64,000 bases of DNA from an uncultured Chloroflexia bacterium (GTDB taxonomy: Bacteria; Chloroflexota; Anaerolineae; CG2-30-64-16). This document shows, in pieces, positions 33,294 to 44,109 of this stretch (the first letter of the stretch is position 1; each line of letters starts with the position of its first letter). Made by a program: the position numbers and the translations under genes. Location of the stretch: the NCBI GenBank assembly GCA_963810095.1, contig CAWEMM010000009.1:512001-576000 (forward strand), given 5' to 3'. The notes beneath the pieces are model-generated. The model saw only the letters and a list, made by a program, of their open reading frames with translations. It was not told the origin of the DNA and searched no databases.

Positions 33294-34244
33294 GTGGACA
33301 GGACCATGGTGCGATTGCTCGTCATCGTCGGGCCGACTGCTGTTGGTAAGACCGGCCTCAGCCTGGAGCTCGCCGAGGCGCTGACCCTGGCGACCGGCCA
33401 GGGAGGCGAGATTGTATCGGCAGACTCCCGGCAGATCTACACCGGTATGGACATCGGCACGGCCAAGGCCACGCCCGAGGAGCGCGCCCGCGCGCCACAT
33501 CACCTGATCGACCTTGTGCAACCCGACCGGGTGCTCACCCTGGCCGAGTACCAGAACCTCGCTTACCGGACCATCGAGGACATCGCCACTCGCGGCCACT
33601 TGCCGATCCTGGTCGGCGGGACAGGGCAGTACGTCGCGGCGATATTGGAGGGGTGGCGCATCCCCGAGGTGCCGCCCCAACCCGAGATACGAGCGGCGTT
33701 GGAGGCCCAGGCTGCCGCCGAAGGCAGCCTGGCACTTCACGCCCGGCTCGCAGCCTTCGACCCGGTTGCCGCGTCGCGCATCGACCACCGCAATGTCCGC
33801 CGGGTCATCCGCGCGCTGGAGGTGTCCTTGGCCACCGGGCGGCCCATCAGCGAACTGCAGCAGAAACAGCCGCCGCCCTACGAGGTCTTCCAGGTCGGCG
33901 TCACTCGCTCCCGTCCAATCCTGTACGAGCGCATCGACCGCCGGGTAGACGCGATGGTCGCCGCTGGGCTCGTCGACGAGGTTGCCGCGCTGGTTGCCCA
34001 GGGTTACGGGTTCGACCTGCCGTCCATGACGGGGTTAGGCTATCGCCAGATCGGGCAGTACCTGGCGGGCGAGGTTACGCTCGACGAGGCCGTTGCCCAG
34101 GTCAAAAAAGGCACCCGGCGTTTCGTCCAGCAGCAGTACAACTGGTTCCGCGTCGACGACCCGCGGATTCGCTGGCTCGACCCCGACGACATTCACCCCT
34201 CCCGATTCATTCGAGATATACTCACGAAAATCGCAAGCCGCTAA
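33294..34244 (+). CDS. miaA: tRNA dimethylallyltransferase
   Basis: GPTAVGKT; SADSRQIYTGMDIGTAK; HHLID; VGGTGQY; RVIRALEV; LGYRQ. Confidence 0.97.
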   Translation: MDRTMVRLLVIVGPTAVGKTGLSLELAEALTLATGQGGEIVSADSRQIYTGMDIGTAKATPEERARAPHHLIDLVQPDRVLTLAEYQNLAYRTIEDIATRGHLPILVGGTGQYVAAILEGWRIPEVPPQPEIRAALEAQAAAEGSLALHARLAAFDPVAASRIDHRNVRRVIRALEVSLATGRPISELQQKQPPPYEVFQVGVTRSRPILYERIDRRVDAMVAAGLVDEVAALVAQGYGFDLPSMTGLGYRQIGQYLAGEVTLDEAVAQVKKGTRRFVQQQYNWFRVDDPRIRWLDPDDIHPSRFIRDILTKIASR

Positions 34245-34468
34245 CGTCCCCGATCGCCGCTCGTTCTGCCCCTTTTCGGATTTGACACAATATGCATGGC
34301 ATGGTGTACACTGTCATTTGACGTAGAGACCTCCTACTTCTGACTCATCAGGCCCCGGCGTCCAGGCAGCCAACCGGCTGCACTAATCCCATCAATGACC
34401 TCGCTTTCGGACCACTGCCGGCCCCTTCGCGACGATGCGCGTTTGGTCATTATTTCCGGAGTTGTCTC

Positions 34469-35113
34469 TTGGATAATTTCTTCATTTACAAGGGTCGAGG
34501 CCTCACCTCGGCAACCGAGGTGCGCTGGGCCGCATTTTTTGACGCACTGAACATCGAGTGGGAGTACGGCTCGGCCGGGCTCGGTCTCGAGAAGGCCGGC
34601 TGGTGCGGCGGTATCTTCCGCTTGCCCAAGGTCCGCGCATGGATTGAGGCGCGGCCTTGGCCGCAAGGGCTCAACCCCGGCGAGTTCTGGCCGCGCCACC
34701 TGGCGTGGGCGCAAGACGCCTACTGTCGCCCGCTCTTCCCCGAGTTCTACCGGTTGGTCGTGATCTGCGGCGCGCCGCGCGTTCTCCAGTCGACCCGACC
34801 CGTACGGTATGAGGTCGAGAAGACCTTTGGGCCCTTCGCATCGAGCACGTTCGGGTATGAAGCGTTCGTCAATGAACGCCCCGGCTTCATGTGGTGCGAG
34901 TGTCCCCGTTGCGGAGCTGTCGGCATTGAGACCGGCGGCCGGGTAGACCTGCTGTGCGAATGCTACGCCGAGCGACGCGAGATAGTGCGCAACCCCATGT
35001 CCGAGCGCCTGATGCAGGCCTACCAGGTGGCCGACGAGACGCCCATCGTGCGCGGTCCGGCCGTGGCCGGCTGGGGCCCCGACGACGTGCCGATCCAACG
35101 CTGGCGCAACTAA
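34469..35113 (+). CDS. Hypothetical protein resembling phage/mobile 'RS.LEARWA.FFD' nuclease-like proteins, with a Cys-rich C-terminus
   Basis: YKGRGLTSATEVRWAAFFDALNIEWEY..WIEAR; CECPRCG..LCEC; GGAG before TTG start. Confidence 0.6.
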   Translation: MDNFFIYKGRGLTSATEVRWAAFFDALNIEWEYGSAGLGLEKAGWCGGIFRLPKVRAWIEARPWPQGLNPGEFWPRHLAWAQDAYCRPLFPEFYRLVVICGAPRVLQSTRPVRYEVEKTFGPFASSTFGYEAFVNERPGFMWCECPRCGAVGIETGGRVDLLCECYAERREIVRNPMSERLMQAYQVADETPIVRGPAVAGWGPDDVPIQRWRN

Positions 35114-35345
35114 CCGCGTGCCATAAGCGCGGCGGGCCCCTACGGGCACGCGCACCGCACGCTACCCCGCAAACACCCAGGACCGCGGGCTCACGAAAGT
35201 CTTCCTGAGCCTGCGGTTCTGCCCGTCCTCGTGGTGAAGCCCTTCACACCCCCGTCATTCGTGCCTTGACAACTTCCGGGCGGCAGGATCATAATACCCG
35301 CGCCGGTGGCTTCGTCCGGCGCCGATCTGACAACCGGAGGCATGG

Positions 35346-35729
35346 ATGTTCCAAGAGTTCAAGAAGTTCATCATGCGCGGCAACGTCATCGATTTGGCTG
35401 TTGCCGTTGTCCTCGGCGGTGCGTTTGGCGCCGTCGTCACCTCGTTCACAAACGACATCCTCATGCCCCTCATCGGGATTCTGCTCGGCGGGGTCGATTT
35501 TGCGAGCCTGTCGGTCACCGTCGGCAGCGCCGTCGTCGCGTATGGCAAGTTCATCCAGGCGATCATCAACTTCATCATCATTGCCTTTGCACTGTTCCTG
35601 ATCGTCAAGGGGATGAACAAGATGATGGACGCTCGCAAGAAGCAGGAAGTGGCCGCTCCCGCGGCGCCACCGGAAGACGTTGTGCTGCTTCGCGAAATCC
35701 GTGATCTGCTCAAGCGGGAACGCCCGTAG
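35346..35729 (+). CDS. mscL: Large-conductance mechanosensitive channel
   Basis: EFKKFIMRGNVIDLAVAVVLGGAF..YGKFIQAIINF..LLREIRDLL. Confidence 0.98.
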   Translation: MFQEFKKFIMRGNVIDLAVAVVLGGAFGAVVTSFTNDILMPLIGILLGGVDFASLSVTVGSAVVAYGKFIQAIINFIIIAFALFLIVKGMNKMMDARKKQEVAAPAAPPEDVVLLREIRDLLKRERP

Positions 35730-35902
35730 AACGATCTGACCGGTCGCAAACGACGCAGCCGGGGTAGATCAGCAGGAGGGTCCACCAGGGACCCAGCTGA
35801 TTCGCCCCGGCTGCGCTGGTTCAAGAGCTATCCCTCCGGCTGCATTTCTCATTACGTGTATTTGACAAGCGTGGTACAATTGGCGCGAACGAGGGGGACG
35901 CC

Positions 35903-38900
35903 GTGCTCGAGGAACTCCTGGGTAGGCTTCTTGCGCCAGAACTGCTTGAATCACTTTTTGAACCGGCCGTGCTCGACAGGGATTTTGCGCGGCAAGAACT
36001 GGACGAGCGCGCCGCAGCGCTGGCGCGCCTCTCTGCACAGCTTGCGAGTGCTGTCTGGCGGTGCGACGCAGTGGCAGGCGCGGTCACTTCAGCGACGAGC
36101 GACCGGCTGCTGCTGCGCATGAGCTGCCAGAAGTACATCGATTTTCACGGCGGCCGGTGCGATCTGGATAACGAGTATCGCCCTCTGCTCCCTGCGGGCG
36201 CCGTACCCTCACTCGACGACATTAATACCGCCCTCGCCTTCATCGCGGCGGCTCGCCCCGCCGGTTCGCCCGAACTGTGGTTCGCCGCCCTCCAGGATGA
36301 GGCGAACGCCTACCTGCACCAACTGCGCGGCGACGCGTACCTGAGTGCGGCGCTCAAGCGGCTGGACGAACTCGACGCGGCGCTCATCGCCCTGCTCGAC
36401 GCTGCCAATCCCTTCGCCCCCCACAATTTCTTCGTACACGCGGCGGCAATCGCCCTCTTCCGCGAGCTGCGTCTGCCCTGGCGCGTCGAGGCCGCATACC
36501 GGCGCCTCCTGGCGTCGTATCCCGGCGACCTGTTCGAAGGTTGGCGGACGCGCTTCGAAGGCGATCCCGAGTACCAGGATCCCGACCTGCTCAATGCGTA
36601 CTACAGCCTCGTCCTCAACGTGCTGGATGCGCTTTGCCTGCGCAACCCGAGCGATCGCAGCGAGATCGAGCGTTTGAGCGCAGAGGCGCCGCCCCCGGAT
36701 TTTGCTCCCGCACTTGGCCTGTACGAGCGGGATGTCGTCGCCTTGCCTGACCTTGCACCGGCAGTGTTCGCAGCCGCGGCCGGCGCGCTGCACCGCCTGA
36801 TTGAAGTGCTTAAGCCGGGCGGGCCGCGCGTTCGCCGTCCTTCTGCGGTGTTGGCCGCGTGGGAGGGCTTCGCCCGCCGCGGGCTCGGCGACTTTCAGGG
36901 GCTCGCCCGGGGGTTGAGCGGGATCAAGCCGGACGACGAGGCGCTCGGCATCGTCATGCAGGCACTGCGCGGGGAAGCTTACTACCACATGGGCCGGTAT
37001 GAGGATGCCTATCTGGACCTCCTCGACGCCGAGGACGCGGCCCCGGGCGGCTCTTGCCAGGGCTAACGGGCCCGACGACAGCGGGGCCACGTGGAATGAG
37101 GCCGAACGCGATGGCGTGGCCCGGCTGGCCCAGAAGGCGGGCAACGCGCTGGCGGCCATCGGCGACGAGGGGCGTGCGGGGGCAGCCTACGACCGGGCGG
37201 CGAAACTGGCGAGCGGCCCGCTGGCCCACGCCGGCAACCTATTGAACCAGGGCAACCGGTACTTCCTTCGCAACAGCGCGACCAGCTCGCAAGGGTATAT
37301 CACGTTGGACGCGGAGGCGCGCCAGGAGTTCGCGCTGCGCGGGGGCCGGCAGTTGATCGCGTCCGTCGTCGGTCAGCACGTGCTGTGCCTGGTGAACGCC
37401 GAGGCGGCCTATCAGGCGGCGTTGGATGCGGCCGGCGAAGCGGAGGCCGCTCCCGGCGCCGGAATCGTGGCCGCAACCGCGCTGATTGACCTCGGTAATG
37501 TCTGCTGGGCGTGGGGCCAGACGCTGACCACAGAGGGGGAGCGCGAGCTGGGGCGCCTGCCTCTTGGCCCTGACTTCCAATCCAGGCTGGTTTCAGCCGG
37601 CTCGGGCGCCCAGGCATGTTACGAGGCTGCCGTAGCACAATATCTGGCCGGGCTGGCGCGCCTCGGCGCAGGCCAGGCTGGCGCGGCCGGTACGCCGGAG
37701 GTCCCGCGTGAGCGTCTGCCCCTGGTCATCAGCCGCGCTGTCAAGCCTGAGCGAGATGCGCTACCTGGTCGCCCGCGAGATGGTGGGTGAGGACCGGGCC
37801 TGCCCGCCGCCCGCGGCCGGTTCACCCGCGTTCGTGAACCTCGCTGCGGGGCTGGCAGAGGCTGGGCGCTGCCTGGAATTGGCCAGCAAGGAGGCGGCGC
37901 TCTATCCTGACCTGGTCTGGCGCACCCACTACAACATGGCGCGGATGTACCGGCTGCTTGGGAAGACAGGCCGGGCGGCGGTCCATTTCCGGCACGCGAT
38001 CCGGCAGGTCGAGCGCCTACGGGCCGAGCTGCGGCTGGACGCGTTCCAGTCGGCCTTTCTGCACGACAAGGCGGACGTGTACGAAGGGTATATCGATCTC
38101 TTGCTCGAACAGGGGGCCGAGCAAAACGCGCCGGCGATCTTTGCGCTCTTCGAGCGCAGCCGGGCGCGCGCGTTCCTGACGCTCTTACAGGCGGCGCAGG
38201 TGAAAACGAGGCTCCCGGCCCGCCTGAAGTCGGACGTGGAAGCGCTGCTAGCGGAGGTCTCTGCCTGCAACGAAGCCATCCAGGGCGCAGTCGCGGGCGA
38301 CGACCGCGACAAAACCGAAGGCTTACTTGCGCAGCAGCGCGAGCTCGGGCGGCGATGGTCGGATATGCAGTCGCGGATCGCGCGCTGCCAGCGGCGGACT
38401 GGGAGGGCGCCACGGCAGACGCCGCTCGCCGGCTTCCAGGCCGCGTTGGGGGAAGATCAGGGCTACCTGGGCCTCTTGATGGGTCAAGAGGCATCGTTCC
38501 TGCTGCTGATCGACCGGACAGTGCGCCCGAGTGTTCCGGCTGCCTCCGCGGCGGACGCTCGAGCTGTTGGCTCTGCCCGTGTTAGCGTACGCGACCTGGA
38601 GTAATGCGGAGACGGGCGCGGCCTTCCGTGCCGCCAACGCTGCCCTGACCGGCGCACTGCTCGGGCCGGCTGACCGGGAGGTCGGGCTCAAAGCATGGCT
38701 GCAGGGCAAGCACCTCATGGTGTCGCCCGACGGCATTCTGTGCTACCTGCCCTTCGAGACGCTCTTGGCGGACACTGCCGGGCTTGCAGCCCTGCCCGAC
38801 ACGGCCGATTATCCTGACTTTGCGCCGTACTACCTGCTCAGCCTGGCCGACGTTTCGTATGTCCCGTCTGCGAGCGCATGGATTGAGTTGGGGCAGCGGA

Positions 38901-39673
38901 AGCGCGAGCCCAGCCGGGCCGGTCTGATGGCAGTCTACAACGTCCTCTATGACACGCCCGAGCCCCCGCAATGGGCCGTTGCCGAGAACATCATGCTGAA
39001 GTTGGGCGCGGTGACCAGCGGCCCGGATATGAAGCGCTTGACCGACGCAGTGACGAAAGCCTGGGGCGAGAACACGGCGATCGTCCGGCTCCGCAGCCGC
39101 ACCGACGACGGCGGCGAGGAAGTGGCCGCGAATCAGTCGACGGAACGCAACTTCCTGCGGGTGGCCCCGGATGCGCATGCCCGGGTGCTGCTGTTCCACG
39201 GCCACGGAATCTACAACGACCGCTATCCCAGCCTCTCTGGACTGGTGTTCAACCTGGCTGCTCCGCCCGGCGAGGACAAGCGCGCGGCCATCCCCACGAG
39301 CGAGGACGGATTTCTCCGGGTCGAGGAGTTGTTCCAGCTCGAGCTGCCAGGGGTCGAGATGACCTTTCTCGCGGCCTGCCAGACAGCGCTGGGCGGGTAT
39401 CGCCGCGGGGAAGGGCTCAACGCGCTGGTCCGGGCCTTCCTCCACCGCGGCAGCCCCGCGGTGAGTGCGACCCTCTGGGAGGTGCGGGCCGACATGACTG
39501 CATTCATCCTGCGGGTGTTCTTCCGGCTGCTCGCCGAGCAGCCCGCCGCCGACCGCGCCCGCCTGTTCGCACAGGCCAAGCGGAAAGCCATGCCGTACGT
39601 CGCAAACCTGTACCTGCCGTACTTCTGGGCGCCCTATGTCCTTTGGGGATATACCGCGCCCGCCACCGAATAG
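35903..39673 (+). CDS. Large TPR-like + CHAT (caspase HetF-associated) protease, ~1250 aa; frameshifts near 37040, 37740 and 38525
   Basis: TPR-like helices (GEAYYHMGRYEDA); AIRQVERLR..FLHDKADVYE..FERSRARAF; VSPDGILCYLPFETL; LFHGHG; FLAACQTALG; GEG; TLWEV; PYFWAPYVLWG. Confidence 0.88.
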
Positions 39674-39687
39674 GGAAGGAGTTGCTT

Positions 39688-40499
39688 GTGAGCACGCCCA
39701 GCCGCATTGTCATGCTTTCCGTTGGCATTGGCCGCTACCAGAATCCGAGGATCAACCCGCTTTCCCTCACCCGCGGCGATGCGATTTCCATGTCGCAGGT
39801 GTTTTCCGGCCTGGGGTCGCCTGACCCGGTGGTCAAGTTGCTGCTCGACGAAGAAGCCACAAAGGAGGGGGTCAGGGCAGGCGTGGATTGGCTGGCGAAC
39901 ACGGTGGGGCCCGACGACGTGGCAATCTGGTACTACTCCGGGCACGGCGCGCGTACGCGGACCCCAACAGCGACGAGCCGAACGCCTTCGACGAGTTCCT
40001 CTGCCCCTACGACACATTTGCACAGCAGCAGGACCTCGCGACCCTGTTGCGCGACAAGGAGATCAAGGAGTGGCTCAAGACGATCACGAGCCGGACGAAG
40101 AACATGGTGGCGATCTTCGACTCCTGTCATAGCGGCGATGCCGTCCAGCTTGGCGAGGCAACCCCGAAAGAGCTCGAGCGGAGCCTGGTGGAGGAGATGC
40201 TCGACGGGATCACGCTTGGCACCCAGCCGGCCGGCATGGTCTCCGCGAAGGGACCGCTGGAGGGTCACATGCTTCTCGCGGCCGCTCAGCCCCACCAGCG
40301 CTCGTATGAGGTGCGAGGCATGCAAAACGGCCTGTTCACCACGTACGTTCTCAAGGCGCTGGCCAACCCCGGCATTACGACCTTCTACGGGCTGTTCAAG
40401 GCGGCAGCCGACGGCGTGATCGCGGACGCGGCGAGGTACCGCCTGCAGCAGACACCCCAGCTGATGCAGCGCGCGCAGGGCGACCTCGCTTTTCGCTGA
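39688..40499 (+). CDS. Stand-alone caspase-like (peptidase C14, metacaspase/orthocaspase-type) protease; frameshift near 39955
   Basis: AAGGAG RBS; LSVGIGRY; DA; LLLDEEATK; YYSGHG; IFDSCHSG; LLAAAQPHQRSYE; NGLFT; QTPQ. Confidence 0.9.
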
Positions 40500-40611
40500 C
40501 GGAGTTCACGACAAAGGCGCGGAGACACTAACTGGGATTCCATCCCGAAGGTGGCCCCGTCATACTCGTGTCTTTGTGCCTTTGTGTCAAGAGTAGTTCG
40601 GGAGCACGAAG

Positions 40612-41979
40612 ATGACCCGTTGGACGGTGATGGTCTATATGGCGGGCGACACCGGCGCGACCTTCGAAGGCGCGCGGGGAGACGTGCAGCTGTTTGGGAA
40701 TCTCTCCGGCCCGCTGAAGGCCGACCTGCAGAAGCTGGCCGCGGCCGGCTCGACCGACCAGGTGAGCGTGTGCGCGCAGTACGATTCGTTCGGCAGCCAG
40801 ACGGCCTACCGCTGGGTGGCGCCTCCAGCCGGCGCGCCGAATCCGCCCGAACCGGAGCCGATCGGCGAAGTCAACACCGGCGAGCCCGGCAGCCTGACCG
40901 ACTTCATCGCCTGGGCGGGCCGGCGCAGTCCGGCCGATCGCTACGCCCTCGTCATCTGGGGTCACGGCAGCGGCTGGAGCGAAGACCAGGTCTACGCCCG
41001 TTTTCCCGCGGCCCAGGCGGCGACGCGCGATGCACCCGCCAGCCGCAGGCGGCTGCTCGAGCGCGGCATCTTCGCCAGCAGCGCCGGCAAGATCATGAAG
41101 ATCAAAGACGATCACGTGCGCGGGCTGTGCTACGACGATTCCTCGCGGGACTTCTTGGACAATCGCGACCTGCAGAAGGCGCTGGCCGACGGTGCCAGGG
41201 AGTTGGGTCGCGCACAAATCGACGTGCTGGGACTGGATGCGTGCCTCATGTGCATGGTCGAGGTAGCGCACCAGGTGCGCGGCGAGGTGAGCGTACTGGC
41301 CGGCTCGGAGACGGTGCTGCCGACGGCGCTCTGGCCGTGGGAGGCGCTGCTGGGCGCACTGCAGGCCCAGCCCGACATGCCGCCCGCGGACTTGGTGTTG
41401 CGCATGGTGGGGCTGCTACCGCAAGACCAGTCTGGCACGCGCGCACTGCCGGATGTCTGCCAGGCCGCGCTTGACCTGGGCTGCGCAGAGGCCGCAACCA
41501 GCGCGGTGGATGCGTGGAGCCGCAGTCTGCTGGAGCTGCAGGACGACACCCGCGTGAAGCAGGCCCTGCGGGCGGCCGTCTCCGATCCAACCTCGAAGGT
41601 ACTGCGGATGCAGATCGCCGGCCAGGGCGCCACGGACTACGTGGACCTGTACGACTTGGTGCGGCGCTTCGTGAAGGGCTGGGAGGGACAATCGGACCTG
41701 GGGCAGTACCTGGACGGACCGGACGGAAGTGGGCGGAGCGCCGGGCTGCGGCGGGCCACGAAGGGCCTGCTCGCCGCGCTGACGCCCGGCAAGCCAGGTA
41801 GCCTGGTCCTCGGGACAAAAATCGAGGGGTTCCGGGCACGTGCGCCGGGCGGGGTCTCGATCTACCTGCCCGAGCTTAATGCACCGCTCCGGCGAAACCG
41901 GGCGATCTCGCCGGAGTACGCTAACCTCGACTTTGCCGCAACGGCCTGGAAGGACGTTATCACCCTCGCCACGAGTTAG
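40612..41979 (+). CDS. Clostripain-family (C11) cysteine peptidase, no signal peptide
   Basis: WTVMVYMAGD; EVNTGEPGSLTDFIAW; YALVIWGHGSGW; LGLDACLMCMVEVA; GSE; VDLYD; GVSIYLP. Confidence 0.92.
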   Translation: MTRWTVMVYMAGDTGATFEGARGDVQLFGNLSGPLKADLQKLAAAGSTDQVSVCAQYDSFGSQTAYRWVAPPAGAPNPPEPEPIGEVNTGEPGSLTDFIAWAGRRSPADRYALVIWGHGSGWSEDQVYARFPAAQAATRDAPASRRRLLERGIFASSAGKIMKIKDDHVRGLCYDDSSRDFLDNRDLQKALADGARELGRAQIDVLGLDACLMCMVEVAHQVRGEVSVLAGSETVLPTALWPWEALLGALQAQPDMPPADLVLRMVGLLPQDQSGTRALPDVCQAALDLGCAEAATSAVDAWSRSLLELQDDTRVKQALRAAVSDPTSKVLRMQIAGQGATDYVDLYDLVRRFVKGWEGQSDLGQYLDGPDGSGRSAGLRRATKGLLAALTPGKPGSLVLGTKIEGFRARAPGGVSIYLPELNAPLRRNRAISPEYANLDFAATAWKDVITLATS

Positions 41980-42009
41980 CAGGGGCCCACGAGCGGGAGC
42001 AGGCGGCTA

Positions 42010-42672
42010 TCAAGCACGGAGTCGTGCTGAATCCAGGTCCAACTCCTCGAGAGAGTTGAGCACGACGTCGGCGAGCGCGAGGGCTGCGGGCCGGGGCGGA
42101 AAGCGCGGGTCGGGGATCGCAATGACCTTCATGCCCGCGGCCTTGCCAGACTGGATGCCCGCTCCGGAATCCTCGAGGCATACGCAGGCAGCGGGCTCGA
42201 CCCCCAACTGCCGTGCACATTCGAGGTACACGTCGGGCGCGGGCTTGCCCGCGGGCATGTCGTCGGTGCAGACGGCCGCCTTGAACTTACCCCGCATGGG
42301 CTCGTCCGCAAGGACGATGGCGATGAGGCTCTTCTCCGAGCCGGATGCGAGCCCCACGGGGTAGCGCGCCGCGGCGGCCTCAACCGCACTGATCGCACCG
42401 GGCTTGTAGGGGATGCCAACACTGTAGATCGAGCGCATCCGGCCGACGATGCGCTCGATCACCTCCTCGGTCGTCAGGTCCAGGCCCAGACGGTGGAGAA
42501 CGTACTCGGCCCAAGTCTGCGTGCTCACCCCCATGCACGCTCGGTGGTCCTCTGGTCCCCAATCCACGCCCCGCTCGGCCGCCCAGGCTTTGCGGGCCGC
42601 GTCCCAACAGGGCTCCGAGTCCACGAGCAAGCCGTCCATGTCGAAGATCACCGCCTGGAGCACCGGCCTCAT
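42010..42672 (-). CDS. HAD-superfamily phosphatase
   Basis: AVIFDMDGLLVDSEP; GKPAPDVY; LEDSGAGIQSGKAAGM. Confidence 0.92.
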   Translation of the reverse strand: MRPVLQAVIFDMDGLLVDSEPCWDAARKAWAAERGVDWGPEDHRACMGVSTQTWAEYVLHRLGLDLTTEEVIERIVGRMRSIYSVGIPYKPGAISAVEAAAARYPVGLASGSEKSLIAIVLADEPMRGKFKAAVCTDDMPAGKPAPDVYLECARQLGVEPAACVCLEDSGAGIQSGKAAGMKVIAIPDPRFPPRPAALALADVVLNSLEELDLDSARLRA

Positions 42673-43328
42673 CCCCGGCTGGCCTCGGCCGTCCCGTACC
42701 GGTGCTGATACCGGTCGTGGTTCGCCGCGATCTCCTCGGCGGGAAGCGTCTCCACCTGGCCGATCTGCATGGCGAGCCAGACAGTCTTGGCGACATCTTC
42801 CACCATTACCGCCGCCTTCAGCGCCTTCTCGACCGTCGCGCCGATGGTAAACACGCCGTGTTGCCGCATCAGGATCGCCACCGACTCGCCAATGTGTTCG
42901 AGCGCCGTCTCGCCGATACCGGCGCCGCCGATGCGGACGTAGGGCGCACACGGAATCTCCACGCCGAACTCGTCTGCGATGGCAGTCAGGCATACGGGGA
43001 TCGATCTGCCGACCGCGGCGAATGCAGTGGCGTAGTTCGAGTGCGTGTGTATGACGCCCCCCAGGTCGGCCCGGCCCCGATAGATCGCGCAGTGGGAGTG
43101 CGTGTCCGTCGAGGCGCCAAGCGTGCCTTCCACCACCCTGCCGTCGATGTCCACGACGACCATATTCTCTGGGCTGAGTTCTTCGAACATAACGCCCGAC
43201 GGCTTGATGACGATCAGGCCAGACTCCGGGTCGCGGGCCGACGCATTGCCGGCCGTCCAGGTGACCAGGTTGTACTTCGGCAAGGCCATGTTGGCGCGAT
43301 AGACGCGCTCGCGGAGAGCTTCGAGCAT
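42669..43328 (-). CDS. araD: L-ribulose-5-phosphate 4-epimerase-like class II aldolase
   Basis: ANMALPKYNLVTWTAGNASAR; IKPSGV; STDTHSH; GGVIHTHS; TAIADEFG; RYQHRYG. Confidence 0.85.
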   Translation of the reverse strand: MLEALRERVYRANMALPKYNLVTWTAGNASARDPESGLIVIKPSGVMFEELSPENMVVVDIDGRVVEGTLGASTDTHSHCAIYRGRADLGGVIHTHSNYATAFAAVGRSIPVCLTAIADEFGVEIPCAPYVRIGGAGIGETALEHIGESVAILMRQHGVFTIGATVEKALKAAVMVEDVAKTVWLAMQIGQVETLPAEEIAANHDRYQHRYGTAEASRG

Positions 43329-43527
43329 ATGGGCAACTCCAGGATGGGGTGAAGCACGATCCATCTCGCCGAATCGCGCCGGCTTATAACGATTTACGCT
43401 GGCCTAATGTTAATGCGAATCCGGCAGTAGGACAAATTGAGTAGGGATTAATCGGGCGAACGCGCCTTGTCTCTGCAGGTAAATGAGCGTAGAAAGGAAG
43501 GCGACTTTGTAAACGGCTGGAGGAAGC

Positions 43528-44022
43528 TTGATGGATGCGCGGAATTTGTGGCGACCGACAACCAAACGCCCCATGCGATCACGAGGCATGCTGCTGCAGC
43601 CGCCCCCGCGACCGGCAACAGACGCCCGCCTGACGCGGTTTACGACCTTGCTGGATACGCTGACTGCGGGAGAGAGTGCGTTGGATGCAGCGCGTCGGCT
43701 GGTAGAACAAGGCGACCCGGCACAGGCCGAGCGCACGTTGACCGAGTTCGTCTTGCGCGCCCAGCCGGTGCTGGAGCATTCGCAAGATCTGCCTCTGGAA
43801 TATGTGGACCTGCTGGGGCAGAACCTGACACGCTGCCTTGTCGCCCGAGCCGGCGCTCGTGTGGAGCAGGCGATGGGCGCAGAGCCCGGTGCGACCGCAA
43901 TGCTGCGTGCCGCGCGCGAGGACGTGGCTTCTGTGAACAAAGTGCCCGCCGAGTGGCTGGATCAGAAGACCCGCACGGCGCTGCGGCGTTTGGAGCACGT
44001 GCTCGAGCCCGCCGCGGCGTAG
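43528..44022 (+). CDS. Hypothetical helical protein
   Basis: Open frame with GGAGG upstream and protein-like composition; no motif recognised; start uncertain. Confidence 0.5.
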   Translation: MMDARNLWRPTTKRPMRSRGMLLQPPPRPATDARLTRFTTLLDTLTAGESALDAARRLVEQGDPAQAERTLTEFVLRAQPVLEHSQDLPLEYVDLLGQNLTRCLVARAGARVEQAMGAEPGATAMLRAAREDVASVNKVPAEWLDQKTRTALRRLEHVLEPAAA

Positions 44023-44109
44023 GGCCGGCGCGGTAAGTTTGGCGCAGTAACCGGCGAGGGCGGCCACATTTGGGCCGCCCTCGCCGCGTCAGTTTTCCAC
44101 AAGCGCGGC

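Noticed and set aside
38971-40419. 482-aa ORF suggesting a CHAT-caspase fusion
   Set aside because: CHAT ends at TAG 39673 and the caspase has its own RBS and GTG at 39688; the long ORF is an off-frame read-through joined to the caspase N-terminus
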